A DNA stretch of 64,000 nt, from assembly GCA_021613535.1 (NCBI GenBank), contig CP075492.1:5208001-5272000 (forward strand), read 5' to 3'. The notes under the pieces were generated by a model. It was not told where the DNA came from. It worked only from the letters and a program-made list of their open reading frames with translations, and did no database searches. Of this stretch, positions 25,595 through 37,790 are shown in pieces (positions within the stretch are counted from its first letter, which is position 1; each line of letters starts with the position of its first letter). Made by a program: the position numbers and the translations under genes. Source of the DNA: Adineta vaga (taxonomy: Eukaryota > Animalia > Rotifera).

Positions 25595-25909
25595 TATCTT
25601 TAAGATGTGCTCATGTCTATTTTCACTCAATATAATATTAGATTAATCTATAACGTCTATTTGAATTTATTTTAATAATTTCTTCGCAATTTGACTTTCA
25701 GAACAAGTCTTTTTATCTCATCTCATTTCATTTGTCAATGGAAAAAAACTGAATCTAACTTCAATCAGAAATATCTTTTTTAAATTTAACTGTGATTATA
25801 TGAATGGAAATTGTTGTGATATATCATTATGACAAAAATCACATAAAAAATATGACCATATTACTAACACGAAATCATTTAGAACAATGATATCTTCGTA
25901 CATAATGAG

Positions 25910-26200
25910 AAGATCGCGGTTTGTAATAGAAAGTTCACAAAATATAATATCGTAATGTATGGTGATTCTCGAATACCGCAACTAATCTATGTGTTATCAA
26001 GCTTTTCTGAAATCGCGATATTCAACGGTGTGAACATTGCGGTTTCGTTCGAGTTTACGGTGCTAAATCGATATTGCGATAAAAAACACCGCGGTCAAGT
26101 GCGGTTTATTTTGCGGACCGCGATCTTTCAAGACACAACCGCAACCATTATGAAAAAACCGCGTCCTTCAGCGGTAGCGACTTAAATATTTTCCCGTGGG
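25910..26200. mobile_element. Degenerate CpG-rich MITE remnant
   Basis: Inverted aagatcgcggt/accgcgatctt, repeated accgc/gcggt motifs, and a right end ttcccgtggg|ta. Confidence 0.5.
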
Positions 26201-26650
26201 TATTGGTTCATCTGATATTAATAATCTCTATCGTTTAATCACAAGTAGTATGTACAAACGTAATCAACAACTAACAGACGAAACTTTCGCATTAACAGTC
26301 TGTAGTCTCGTAAGTTCAAATATATTCCGAAATACTCATTCTAATTTTATTTAGGCAACGTATTATGCGTTCTTGTTTTCATCGAGGAGTACCAAATCGC
26401 TTAATTTTCTGGTGAAACCAAATTTTAGTTGTTTCTTCTTTTAAACGTAAGCAGATAAAGTTTAGAAATCTCTTATACTTATTTTCTGCAAATATAACCT
26501 TGTGAGCATAAGGTTCTAGTATTCGTTTAATTGGTAATTTAAATAGTGTATTGGTTAGATGTTTTTTTCTAAAAAGAAAAGATTTCTTGATCGAGAATTT
26601 TTAATATTTCTCTTTTTCTATTTCATGCTGTTGACTTTAATTAACTAGTG

Positions 26651-27236
26651 ATAAGTAGACAAAAATTTGAAAAATGCGTTTCAACACACAATCGGAAACC
26701 GCGATTGTAAGGCACTCACACTTATTATAAAATCGTAAAAACCACCGTGTTTTACGTTTGATAGCACTTTCGCAAAGTAGAAGCGACAAAAAACATACTA
26801 CATGAAAATTTTTACGCATTTTCTTAATTTATAAAACAAATGCGCACTTGAATTTCGTGTGATGTGTATCGCACATGAGTATCACTTACTCTATCATTAT
26901 TTATTCTTCCAGGTACTGTACTCTCTCCTTCGCACATTTTGCTTTATCTCTCATATTGTTTGCCTCTTCCCCATCTCTCACATCAAGAGAGTATATATGG
27001 CTGATATTTGTTCGTTCTGAGTGTTTTGATTTCATCTTGTCTTCATCAATTAGATCAATAAAGGAGGAGGTATGACATTTCAAAAACGTATTTTTTTCTC
27101 GTTTATGCTTGGTGAGAACGACTATTAAACAGAAAACACGGAGTTTTTACGTTTTTATAATAAGTGTGAATAGCGTACAATCGTGACTCCTGATTAACTG
27201 TTTAAACGTATTTTCTCAAATTTTTGTCTGCTTGAG
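26651..27236. mobile_element. Non-autonomous DNA transposon (~585 bp) with ~150-bp diverged terminal inverted repeats
   Basis: aagtagacaaaaatttgaaaaatgcgttt...tcacacttattataaaatcgtaaaaac matches the reverse complement of gtttttacgtttttataataagtgtga...ctcaaatttttgtctgcttg. Confidence 0.8.
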
Positions 27237-27881
27237 GTGCCGTATTCTCAAGTACGATATGACAAAAGCAAATAATGCGCGAGAAAGGGTCAAATAATAG
27301 CAGTGAAGCAGCTGGCGATATAATTCTTTATATAATTTTGATAACATGATAACGATATTTATTGAGATATCAGTCAGCGATTCTCGCTCTAATATTTTGC
27401 TATCTTGTTATTCTGTTTTTTTTATACCTCGTTCTCATAAAACAAACACATATTTTTATTTTACTTTGTGTAAGCAACAAACGTGAAGTTACGTAAATAT
27501 ATCAGTCAGGTTATTAGAAAAAATGTGTATAACAAGTCATTTCACATCGTACACCGCACTGATCCTCCTTTGTTACGTTTATAGTATGACTAGTAAATAC
27601 ACTCTAACTGTTAGCACGACTAGAAGGTATTAGTACAATTGCCCTTAATAAGTAACGATATAGAAATCATTTTTTAAGTACAACCATACTTGTTTAACTT
27701 TGATCGAATAAGCTAAATGAGAATATTTGAAATTTTTTATCTAAAAATACGAACTGTTCTATATTATCATATTTGAGACATCCACCACTATATTTAAGTT
27801 GTTATTAAGCCTTTACGTGATTTCCTGCAATCAAGCAATATAGCACAGGTCTGTGTTTTTAGACACCTACACTCAATAACA

Positions 27882-29999
27882 ATGGCTTCGAATGAGCGAC
27901 AAACATATATTACTGGTCTTACATACAAAGAAATGGAGAAAGCAGAGGCGTGCCTCGATGAATGTACTATGATCTGGCTTGAACCTGCTCTTGACGGCCG
28001 TAGTAGTCCACTGAACGTACGTTTGGGATTGCTAACTAGTATGCAGAAAGTCCAAAGATTCAGTAATGTCGACACTTGTTTAGAGTATCTGCAAAAGAAT
28101 ACGGAAAAACGAATTTTCTTGGTGCTTTCCTACCAGATTAGTGAAGAACAAGTGAATTTGTTTCATGATTTATCTCATATTGACTTTATTTATGCATTCG
28201 GTTGGGACACTATCTTCAAACCAGAGCACTCCAAATTAGTTAAAGTGGCAAGCATTGAAGAACTGATCAGCCAATTGAGCTGCCATGACCGCTTACGTGA
28301 AGAGGAAAATGATACAGATTTTGCTTCTCTCAGGGATCAACTATTCAATTCTTCCGAAGAATCTTGTGATAATGCTCGAATTTTTATTTTTTATCAACTT
28401 CTACTTGAGATTCTCGTCCATCATCCAAAAACAGCCGATATCAAACAACAGTTTATTTCTTTCGGAAGGCAAATCTATCACGATAATCCGACACAAATGG
28501 ATTTTTTTGAAAATCTGGATGAAAACTATCCTCCCTCAAGCACATCGATAGCTATTCCGTTGTATACAAGTGGATCTTACTGTCTGCATCGTAAATTGAA
28601 TAGAGCATGTCGAACAGGAAATATGGAGCATATGTTCAAACTCGTCTATTTCATGACTGATCTCTATGCTGAATTGGCAGATCTTCATCAAGAATACTTT
28701 GATTTGTTTGCAGATCAAATGCGAGTGTATCGAGGACGACCCATGACTAGATCTGAATTCAATAAACTGAAGAGTGGTATCGGTGATCTTGTGGTCACTA
28801 AATCATTTTTATCTACAACAGTTGATTTTGATGTTGCTCGTATGTATTCTGGAGTAGGTAGCACAGATTCAAACATCTTCCCCGCCATCTTAAGATTGAT
28901 AATTGATAAACAACGTCATGAATCGAAACCTTTTTCCTTCATTCGACAAGTAAGCAAGGTACAAGACGATAGAGAAGTTTTACTTTCCATCGGGATGGTT
29001 TTTAAAGTGATTCATTCACAACATAAAGTACATAACAGACTTTCTTTTCTTCACTTTATTATACATTGAACACTTATAGGATGGTCTTGAAGAGTTTACA
29101 TTACTTAGAAGTAATGCAGAAGAGCAAGTCGAACAACAATTACGAAATTCATTTCTTGGGCAATCAAAACCTGCGAATGCAGATCCGACTATCAATGTAT
29201 TACTTTCAACAGCAAAAACTGATCCCATCTTGAACAAGTACGACATGGAAGGTCTTCTTAAGCTTGACATACCTTCCGAGATCAAGACTAAATCTGCCAC
29301 TGAGCTGAATACTGATTTTGAAAATAAAACAGACGATAAAGTGAAAAAAGGTACTGTAAATTTCAGTTTACTACGTTTTCTCTATAATTATTATGGTAAC
29401 TTTTTTTTAAAGAACCATTGCTACAAGCTTGTAGTAAAATTCGTTGCAATCCGCGTCCTGTCAAGAACAGACTCACACTCAGAATATCAAAATTCATTAC
29501 TAAGCAGATAATGGAACTGAAGTTAAATCTCAAAGAACTTTTTATTCTTGATAAAAATCCAATGGATGAACTTGGTGATGAAGACGAGCCAATGCAGGAA
29601 ATAAAATCAGACTCAGGACATCATTCGGACAGGCTTGTCATTGTTGGACGTATTCTGCCAACCACGGAACCGTATTGTCAATGCATCTTTAGCATCGAAA
29701 TCACTTTACCGATTGAGTTTCCTATTGCTCCTCCTGAAGTTCGTTTTTTAACTCCAATTTATCATCCAAATGTGCACGAGAGTGGTCAATTTTGTTATAC
29801 CATACTGTCAAAAACTGGTTCATGGTGTCCAAGTATCTCTCTTGCTGATGTTGTTAAAATATTAGTCCACGCCATTGATCATCCTTCGATTGAATATGCG
29901 GCGTCTCCTGAATTAGGAAAACAGTATCTTGAAAGTCGTGAAGAATTCGACAAAATTGCTCTTGAATATGTTGAAAAATATGGCCTTCCACGAACATAA
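27882..29999 (+). CDS. ADP-ribosyltransferase - E2 ubiquitin-conjugating enzyme fusion (3 exons, 667 aa)
   Basis: Exons 27882-29027, 29080-29350 and 29413-29999 are joined by GT-AG introns of 52 bp (phase 0) and 62 bp (phase 1) that keep the frame. ART motifs VYRG, SFLSTT, DDREVLL; UBC motifs FPIAPPEVRFLTPIYHPNV..SGQFC, WCPS. Confidence 0.85.
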
Positions 30000-30306
30000 A
30001 TATGTATATTTTCTATTGATAAATCTATCTATACACATGCATTGTATCGTAATCAATATTTATTCGAAATAGTCACGTAGATCTAACAATATTTTTCTGC
30101 TGTTTATTAATTAGTAACTATTGTTCAGAATTAAGATTTTCACCTGCAATACGTAGCGGTGATCCTCTATACAAATGAAAAGCAACATGTTCTTTCGCGT
30201 AAATTTCCTGACATCTAAATGTCTGATTAGAAAAAGACTTTTTCAAATCAGTAAAGTCAAATAGTTCTTTGGTTTCATAAATGAGTAACTTTATAGAAAA
30301 GAAAAC

Positions 30307-31906
30307 CTAAGATACGTGAAGAACAGTTTGCATTAATGGAGTAATCTGATCTACAATATCAGATATCATTAGTTGATTTCGTAAAACTTCTCGCATTTCT
30401 TTTATCATCGATTGTGATTGAAAAATAACTTGAATCAATTGAACAAACTGTTTCTGTGCTATTGCTTCACCTTGTTTATTCACCATATAGTTCCAAAGAA
30501 TCGTTGTATAACGAAACTGTATTTGATACACAGCGAGTGGATCTTTGAGTAACGGTTCCTCGTCACTCATTGAAAGTCCTTGAGAAAATAAAAGAACAAT
30601 GAGGAGAAGAGATATAAATATTGGATCTTGATCTGTAATATGAACAAGTGAAACAACTATATCAATGAATGATTGATGCATATCAGACGGTGCTCCACAT
30701 AATTGGAAAAAATAACGATGCTTTATTCGTTCTTCACATTCTTCAGTTGCACAACAATCGTTTGTTGATTTATAATTGTAACATTTACAAAATGGGTAAA
30801 GAGAAAACATATTGTATTTGATTAAGATTAATCGATCATCGACATGTAAATTTTCGAATTCATCCAAATGACGAAAAAAATTGATATATCGCAATCCAAT
30901 TCCATCAGCGAATTGTGACCATGTTATAAGGGCAGAAGTAAGATTTGTAAAGTCGAAAACATCAATACATCGTACCGTTGGCAAGCACATATAGAATGTA
31001 AATGACGATTGAATATTTTGAATTGTCAACCAATCATCAATTGAAAATATATCAATCAACATATTATCCGATGCATTAAACAACAAATTCTCATCACTTT
31101 CGTTTATGTTCATCAATAACTACAAAATACAATCAAACAATCAATTTCATTTTACAATAATAACAACAACAATATTCACTTGATCGATTTCATCCAGTGT
31201 TTCTGTTTGCTGATCAGGATTCGATGAAGAATTCATTGTCATGGTTTGATTTTCTTCCATTTTCTTCCTTCTCTCTTGCTTTTGTTCTTCGCTCATTACA
31301 AAATCTCTTCGCATTCCCATCGCTAAACATTTGTTCAATCGACATCGTGTACATTTACGTCGCACTTCATGTCCAATTGAACACTGACCTTGTCCTGTCA
31401 CACATCGAATCTTTGCCTACACAACACACAAATATTCACATCAAATGTAAGTAAAAGAAGAAAAGAAAAACAAACCGTCGGTTGATGAGCATTTCGACGA
31501 AAGAATGCCTTGCATGAACTACAAGAGACCGCATCATAGTTATACCCAATGGCACGATCGCCACATATCACACAGACTAAATCAATTGATTTCTTTCGAA
31601 TTTGATTTGTTTTGGGCTTTTTCGGTCGTGGTAAATCCAGTGCATCTTTATAGAGTAGATCATTGTTTGAATTCTACAAAGAAATAGTTCTATAGTATCT
31701 GGTTAACAATATATAGTCAGACAAACCGATTCGAATAGTTTATTGGGAGTGGCCATATTCATGCCATTGTCAGTTGTGAGTAGTGACGATGATTGTTGAT
31801 TGGTGTCCAAATCGATGACATGTGTATTTAAAGATTTATTGAATGTAATTTGTCGAATGAGATCTTCATTCGATGTAACAATGATCAATTTTGTTCGAGT
31901 GGCCAT
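30307..31906 (-). CDS. Nuclear hormone receptor (NR1J/HR96/PXR-VDR-like), copy 1
   Basis: C4 fingers CVICGDRAIGYNYDAVSCSSCKAFFRR and RRKCTRCRLNKCLAMGM; LBD FENLHVDDRLILIKYN; AF2-like ITPLMQTVL. Multi-exon. Confidence 0.9.
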
Positions 31907-32456
31907 TGTTTTTTTTCGATGTTGCATCTACCTTTGAGCTGAGTGAAAACAAAATGAAAGTAATAACGGGTTGTTTTTCTCTTTGGGTAGCAGAAAAAAA
32001 AGAGCGTAAAATACGTGAATGTAACACATTTAGAAAATGACTCATGACCGTGACGAATTTTCATACTGTTTTTGCAAACAACATCTTATTTATTAGTGTA
32101 GACTAGAGAATACACGCCTTTCTTTTTGTTAACAGAATCTGTTTAACGAATTCTCGTGTTCCTAAAACAGGAAATATTTCATAATATATATTTCATGTTC
32201 TCGGATGTCTTGAGTACGTTTTAATTCTTGATTTTGTCTAATATTTTTATATGAAGTAAGAGGATACATATATACACGCAAATCTATAGCAACTATGCAG
32301 AGAGAATAGCATTAAAAAAATAAATATACACTGTATGTATTGAAGCATAACGAAAAACAAAGACGAAAAAGTATTGAATAGTTGAGATACTTTGTTGTAT
32401 ATATTGCGTGCATTTGTGTATACACGTGTTAAACAAATTTTTAAAGGGCGTGTATA

Positions 32457-32725
32457 ATGTCTTCTCTATTCACAAATCTTCGTTTATTCTCACGTTATCC
32501 AACATTTATTTATGCTTCACGTCTGAATGCAAAAATGGTTTCATCAAAAACAAATCCACCTCGAGATCTTGCCAGATCTATAGTCAAAAGTATTGGAAAC
32601 CTGCTGCTCTAGTAGTTGGCCTTGATGGATTAATCACTTTATTGCAAATGTCAAGAAAAGAGGAACAACTTATCGTACATAGTGTTGACAAAAAACCTCA
32701 TCCATCATTGGCACCTTCAAAATAA
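32457..32725 (+). pseudogene. Frameshifted paralog of the small protein at 35120
   Basis: MSSLFTNLRLFSR..., a frameshift near 32580, then QKYWKPAALVVGLDGLITLLQMSR...PH. Aligns with 35120..35416. Confidence 0.65.
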
Positions 32726-32914
32726 TCTTTTCCTTTTTTGTTATTGAATATTCTCGCGATAATTAACTGATAACAAGATATTCAAGCATATATATTGAAA
32801 TAAAACACAGATTACAATCTAAAACTAAAGGAGTCCTTCTATATTAGTCTATCCTTTCGAATTTCGAATGATATAGAAATCTTTGTTTAAATGTAGAAAA
32901 ATCAGGTCATAAAC

Positions 32915-34514
32915 TTAAGATATATGAAGAACAGTTTGCATTAATGGCGCAATTTTATCCACAATTTCCGATGTGATTAGTTTAGTTTGTAAAATCTCTC
33001 GAGCTTGTTTAACTGTCGATTGGATTTGTAAAATTACTTGAATTAATTGAACAAACTGTTTCTGTGCTATTGCTTCACCTTGTTTATTCACCATATAGTT
33101 CCAGAGAATCGTTGTATAACGCGATTGCACATCATGTATAGTCTGTGCATCTTTATATGCTGGTTCATCTTCACACATTGACAAACCACGAGAAAATAAA
33201 AGAACAATTATAATAAGAGATAAAAATATTGGATCTTGATCTGTAATATGCACAAGTGCACCAACAATATTTGTAAATGATTGACGTATATCCCAGGATA
33301 ATTCACATAATTGAAAAAAAATACGTTGTTTTTCTCCTTGCTCACACTCGTTCAACGAACAGCAATCGTTTGTTGCATTATAATTGTAGCATTTACAAAA
33401 TGGGTAAAGAGAAAACATATTGTATTTGATTAAGATTAATCGATCATCGACATGTAAATTTTCGAATTCATCCAAATGACGAAAAAAATTAATAAAACAT
33501 AATCCAACTTCACTGCTGAATCGTGACCAAGAAATGAGAGCTGATGAACGATCTGTCAAATCGTAAAAACTAGTACATTGTACATCTGGGTGATGGAAGT
33601 AAGATTTAAATGATGATTGAATATTTTGAATTGTAAACCAATCATCAATTGGAAATATATCAATCAACATATTGTCCGATGCATTAAACAACAAATTCTC
33701 ATCACTTTCGTTTATGTTCATCAATAACTACAAAATACAATCAAACAATCAATTTCATTTTACAATAATAACAACAACAATATTCACTTGATCGATTTCA
33801 TCCAGTGTTTCTGTTTGCTGATCAGGATTCGATGAAGAATTCATTGTCATGGTTTGATTTTCTTCCATTTTCTTCCTTCTCTCTTGCTTTTGTTCTTCGC
33901 TCATTACAAAATCTCTTCGCATTCCCATCGCTAAACATTTGTTCAATCGACATCGTGTACATTTACGTCGCACTTCATTTCCAACTGAACACTGACCTTG
34001 TCCTGTCACACATCGAATCTTTGCCTACACAACACACAAATATTCACATCAAATGTAAGTAAAAGAAGAAAAGAAAAACAAACCGTCGGTTGATGAGCAT
34101 TTCGACGAAAGAACGCTTTGCATGAGTTACAAGAGAGTGCATCATAGTTATAACCAATGGCACGATCACCACATATCACACAGACTAAATCAATTGATTT
34201 CTTTCGAATTTGATTTGTTTTGGGCTTTTTCGGTCGTGGTAAATCCAGTGCATCTTTATAGAGTAGATCATTGTTTGAATTCTACAAAGAAATAGTTCTA
34301 TAGTATCTGGTTAACAATATATAGTCAGACAAACCGATTCGAATAGTTTATCGAGAATGGTCATATTCATGTCATTGCCAGTGGTGAGTAGTGACGATGA
34401 TTGCTGATTGTTGTCCAAATCGATGATATGTGTATTTAAAGATTTATTGAATGTAATTTGTCGAATGAGATCTTCATTCGATGTAACAATAATCAATTTT
34501 GTTTGACCAGCCAT
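32915..34514 (-). CDS. Nuclear hormone receptor, tandem copy 2
   Basis: Same exon structure as copy 1, offset by 2608 bp. P-box region ALSCNSCKAFFRR. Confidence 0.9.
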
Positions 34515-35119
34515 TATTTCTGTTGTACTTGAATATGAACGTGAAATACAAGTAACGACAAAATAGTTTCAACGAGTAAGAAAAAAACAAAATGAAAGCA
34601 AAATCGTGTTATTCTTTTCTTTTAGTAACAGAACGAAGAAAAAAAAAGAAATGCAACGTCGACGTATGCGTCATAATTGACATGATTCATATACAGGTAG
34701 CAGTTACTTGTGTTGCAAATAATATTCAATATAACACAAACTAGAACTGTTTGTTATTGAACAATACATGGAGTTGTAAAAACCTATGATAAATTTATTG
34801 CATATAATTTATATTAATATTAAACATATTGACAGATATAATCTACAATGGTTTTAGTCAAGTAATCATTGGATGCATGAAAAGAGGAATAGTACAATAG
34901 TTATACTCCATTACAGGTGTATTTTCGATAGAGATTTTATCTACTATTAGTCTTTATACTGAAAAAATAACAGCACAACATAAACATCTATTTAATGTAA
35001 TGAATCATGATGTAATAGCTAATAAGATAACGAAGTCTTGATATATTATATCATATATTTTTATTCAGATACTTCAAGATATAAACATATATTCTACATC
35101 TTCTAAGGAAGAAAGTATA

Positions 35120-35416
35120 ATGTCTTTTTTATACATGAATCTTCGTTTATTCTCTCGTCGTGCTAAATTTATTGATACATCGCATCAAAAGACTACTGGA
35201 ACAACTTCAACAAAATCAAATTTACCACAAGATTTAACAAAATTTAAGGGAAAATATTGGAGAGTCGGTATTCTACCTGTTGGTATTATTGGATTCCTTG
35301 CTATCTTACAAATGACAAGAGACCATGAATTACGTATTGGACATAATATGAATAATAATCCACATTCGGAAGAACTATACTCAAAAGAAGTTCTTACTTT
35401 TTTATTTTCTACATGA
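35120..35416 (+). CDS. Small single-TM protein with a mitochondrial-presequence-like N-terminus
   Basis: Basic, acid-free start MSFLYMNLRLFSRRAKF; TM WRVGILPVGIIGFLAIL; AATAAA downstream; paralog at 32457. Confidence 0.6.
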   Translation: MSFLYMNLRLFSRRAKFIDTSHQKTTGTTSTKSNLPQDLTKFKGKYWRVGILPVGIIGFLAILQMTRDHELRIGHNMNNNPHSEELYSKEVLTFLFST

Positions 35417-35451
35417 TCATTTTTTAAAATTTTTGTTTTTAATGTAATAAA

Positions 35452-35479
35452 GGTGGGTGTGGGTGTGGGTGTGGGTGAG
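35452..35479 (+). repeat. Interstitial telomere-like (TGTGGG)n tract
   Basis: ggtggg tgtggg tgtggg tgtggg tgag. Confidence 0.75.
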
Positions 35480-36367
35480 AAAAAAATTAGAATCGTTTCC
35501 TCCTATATAAAGTTGTTAGATCAATTGGTCTCACCTTTGGCACACGCAGAAAATATTTGTCTTCCATAGTCGAGGGTAAAGTGAGTCGGCACGACGAGCG
35601 TTAGTTGTTGTACATCTCCTTTCAGTTCAAAAAGACAATCTTATTAAAACAATTTAGTCATTGTTTCACCTTATTTTTGGATGCGTTTGATAAACGGGGC
35701 TGGGATGCATCAAATATTTCATTTTAAATACGTTTCACTATTTCAATTCTTTTTACCACAATTAACAAAGTAAAGATTATCGCGAATCTGTATTTTTCTT
35801 ATCTTCTAATAAATCAAGAAAAGAATTTATCAAAATAACCGATATACTCGACAGAAGCATTATACGGATTTTTACAAATCAACTGCTAGTGCGACACAGA
35901 GCACAGAATCTGTCGATAAAATGAGAAATTCTTTTTGAAATTTTCCTTGTGCGATTGTATGCGGATGGATTCGATATCTCCCCGGTGACAGGTGCCAATA
36001 CTCAATTCATAACGGTAAAAGATTTAGCTGACCAAAGACCATTAAAATGATAGATATTTTTTCAACAAAAATGATCTATAGTATGATAATATGATACCAC
36101 ACGCATGGACTAGAAAATATCGAATCAAATTCAGAATTTCCAGTCAAAAACAGAGAATAAGATTCGTCTGGAAAAGTCAAGTCCTTACCTACACAACATA
36201 AACTTTTAATAATAAAAAAAAACATTTTCTTTTCTAACATTTTTGAAAGATAATTACATAAGTAGTCTATCAGATGCGAATATAGGGAAGAAGTTGTTGC
36301 AGTAAAAACTATTCTTCTTTTATTCATCAAAAGTATCATAATTGTTAGTATAGAAATTTTCTTAGAT

Positions 36368-37486
36368 ATGTCTTCGTCAATGACTGCTTTCTTGGCTACT
36401 GCTCAACAAATTACCATTCGATATATTGAATCAAGTGTATTCGTACTTGGTGTTATTGGCTCTTTATTAAATCTAATACTTTTCTCTCGACGTCAGTTAC
36501 GAATGAATTCTTGTTGTTCGTGTAAGTATTTCACAGACAGCACTTGATAAACGTACAATAAAAGCAGAAATTCTAATTTTTAATTCATAGATTTCTTTAC
36601 ATCATCGTTAGCAGCCCTTGTTTTACTTTCTATGGGTATTATACCACTAATTTATGCTCAATTCTATTCGCCAAATCCCTACTTTTCGATAAATGGATTT
36701 TGTAAAATCCGTGCGTATGTAAATCAAGTGAGTGCAATGTCATGCCGATGGTTATTAACAATGGCTAGTATAGATCGTTGTGCTGCATGTACAACAAATG
36801 TTAATATTCGTCGTTTATGTTCAGTTAAGATAGCTCGCCGAATAGCTATCGTGCTTGTGATCATATGGATGATATTACCTATACATACTCTTATCTTTTT
36901 CAATATTTTACCACCAAGTAATATTGCATGTAGAATAACAAACAATGACATGGCTATGTATCATGCAATTTATACAATTGTTATGGGTGGTACATTACCC
37001 GTATTAATAATGTTGATATGCACTGTGTTTATATGGAGGAATCTAAAGAAGAAAAATCAACGTCGTGCAGTGATCAATGTAGTTCAAGTAACACGTCGAA
37101 CAGATAAACGTGATCAACAAATAGTTGTGATTCTATTAGCACAAGTGACTATTTTTGTCGTATCAACAATTCCATTCATGGCAAATAATCTGTATAGTGC
37201 AGTAACTCGTAGTGTTCCAAATAAATCAGCAGATCGCATAGCTATTGAAAGTTTCCTGCAAGTCATTACTGAATTGTTTGTTTATATTTTTCCTGCGGTA
37301 TCATTCTATTCTAATACTTTAGTATCGCGAACATTTCGAAAAGAATTAATCAAAATGACGGAATGGTTTCGTTTATTTCATGGTCGAAAACAACGTCATA
37401 TCCATCCAAACACTCAAACTCGAACGAATGAGATTCTATTAAATACAATGAACAATCGTACTTCTCCAGCAATCATCAATCAATAA
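36368..37486 (+). CDS. Rhodopsin-like GPCR (2 exons)
   Basis: ATG at 36368, intron 36522-36590, CKIRAY and ASIDR motifs, 7 hydrophobic segments, VSRTFRKEL. Confidence 0.88.
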
Positions 37487-37790
37487 GAAAGAACAAAGAA
37501 CTGAATATGATCTTTGTTGTATGTAGATGTGTTTCGTCTTAATCTGTTCTCTCTTCACTATGAAAAATGCATATTATATTCACTGAAATAAAGAATCGAT
37601 GCTTGAATAAAACCACTAAATAAAACACTCTAAAGCATTATGTGCTAATTTTATTATTTGTCTTCTTTGTTTCTAACACTGTACCTATAATGCAAATGTC
37701 AAAAGAGATTATCATGTTTTGTTATTATCGATTTAGAAAAAAGGTTATAAAAAAAAACTCTTCACTATACGATAGGTATCAGTACAAAAT

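Noticed and set aside
29418-29999. Independent stand-alone E2 gene
   Set aside because: The ORF starts at TTG directly after a pyrimidine-rich AG acceptor in phase with the upstream exon, and the first ATG (29510) lies inside the predicted first helix region. Fusion is the simpler reading, pending transcripts.
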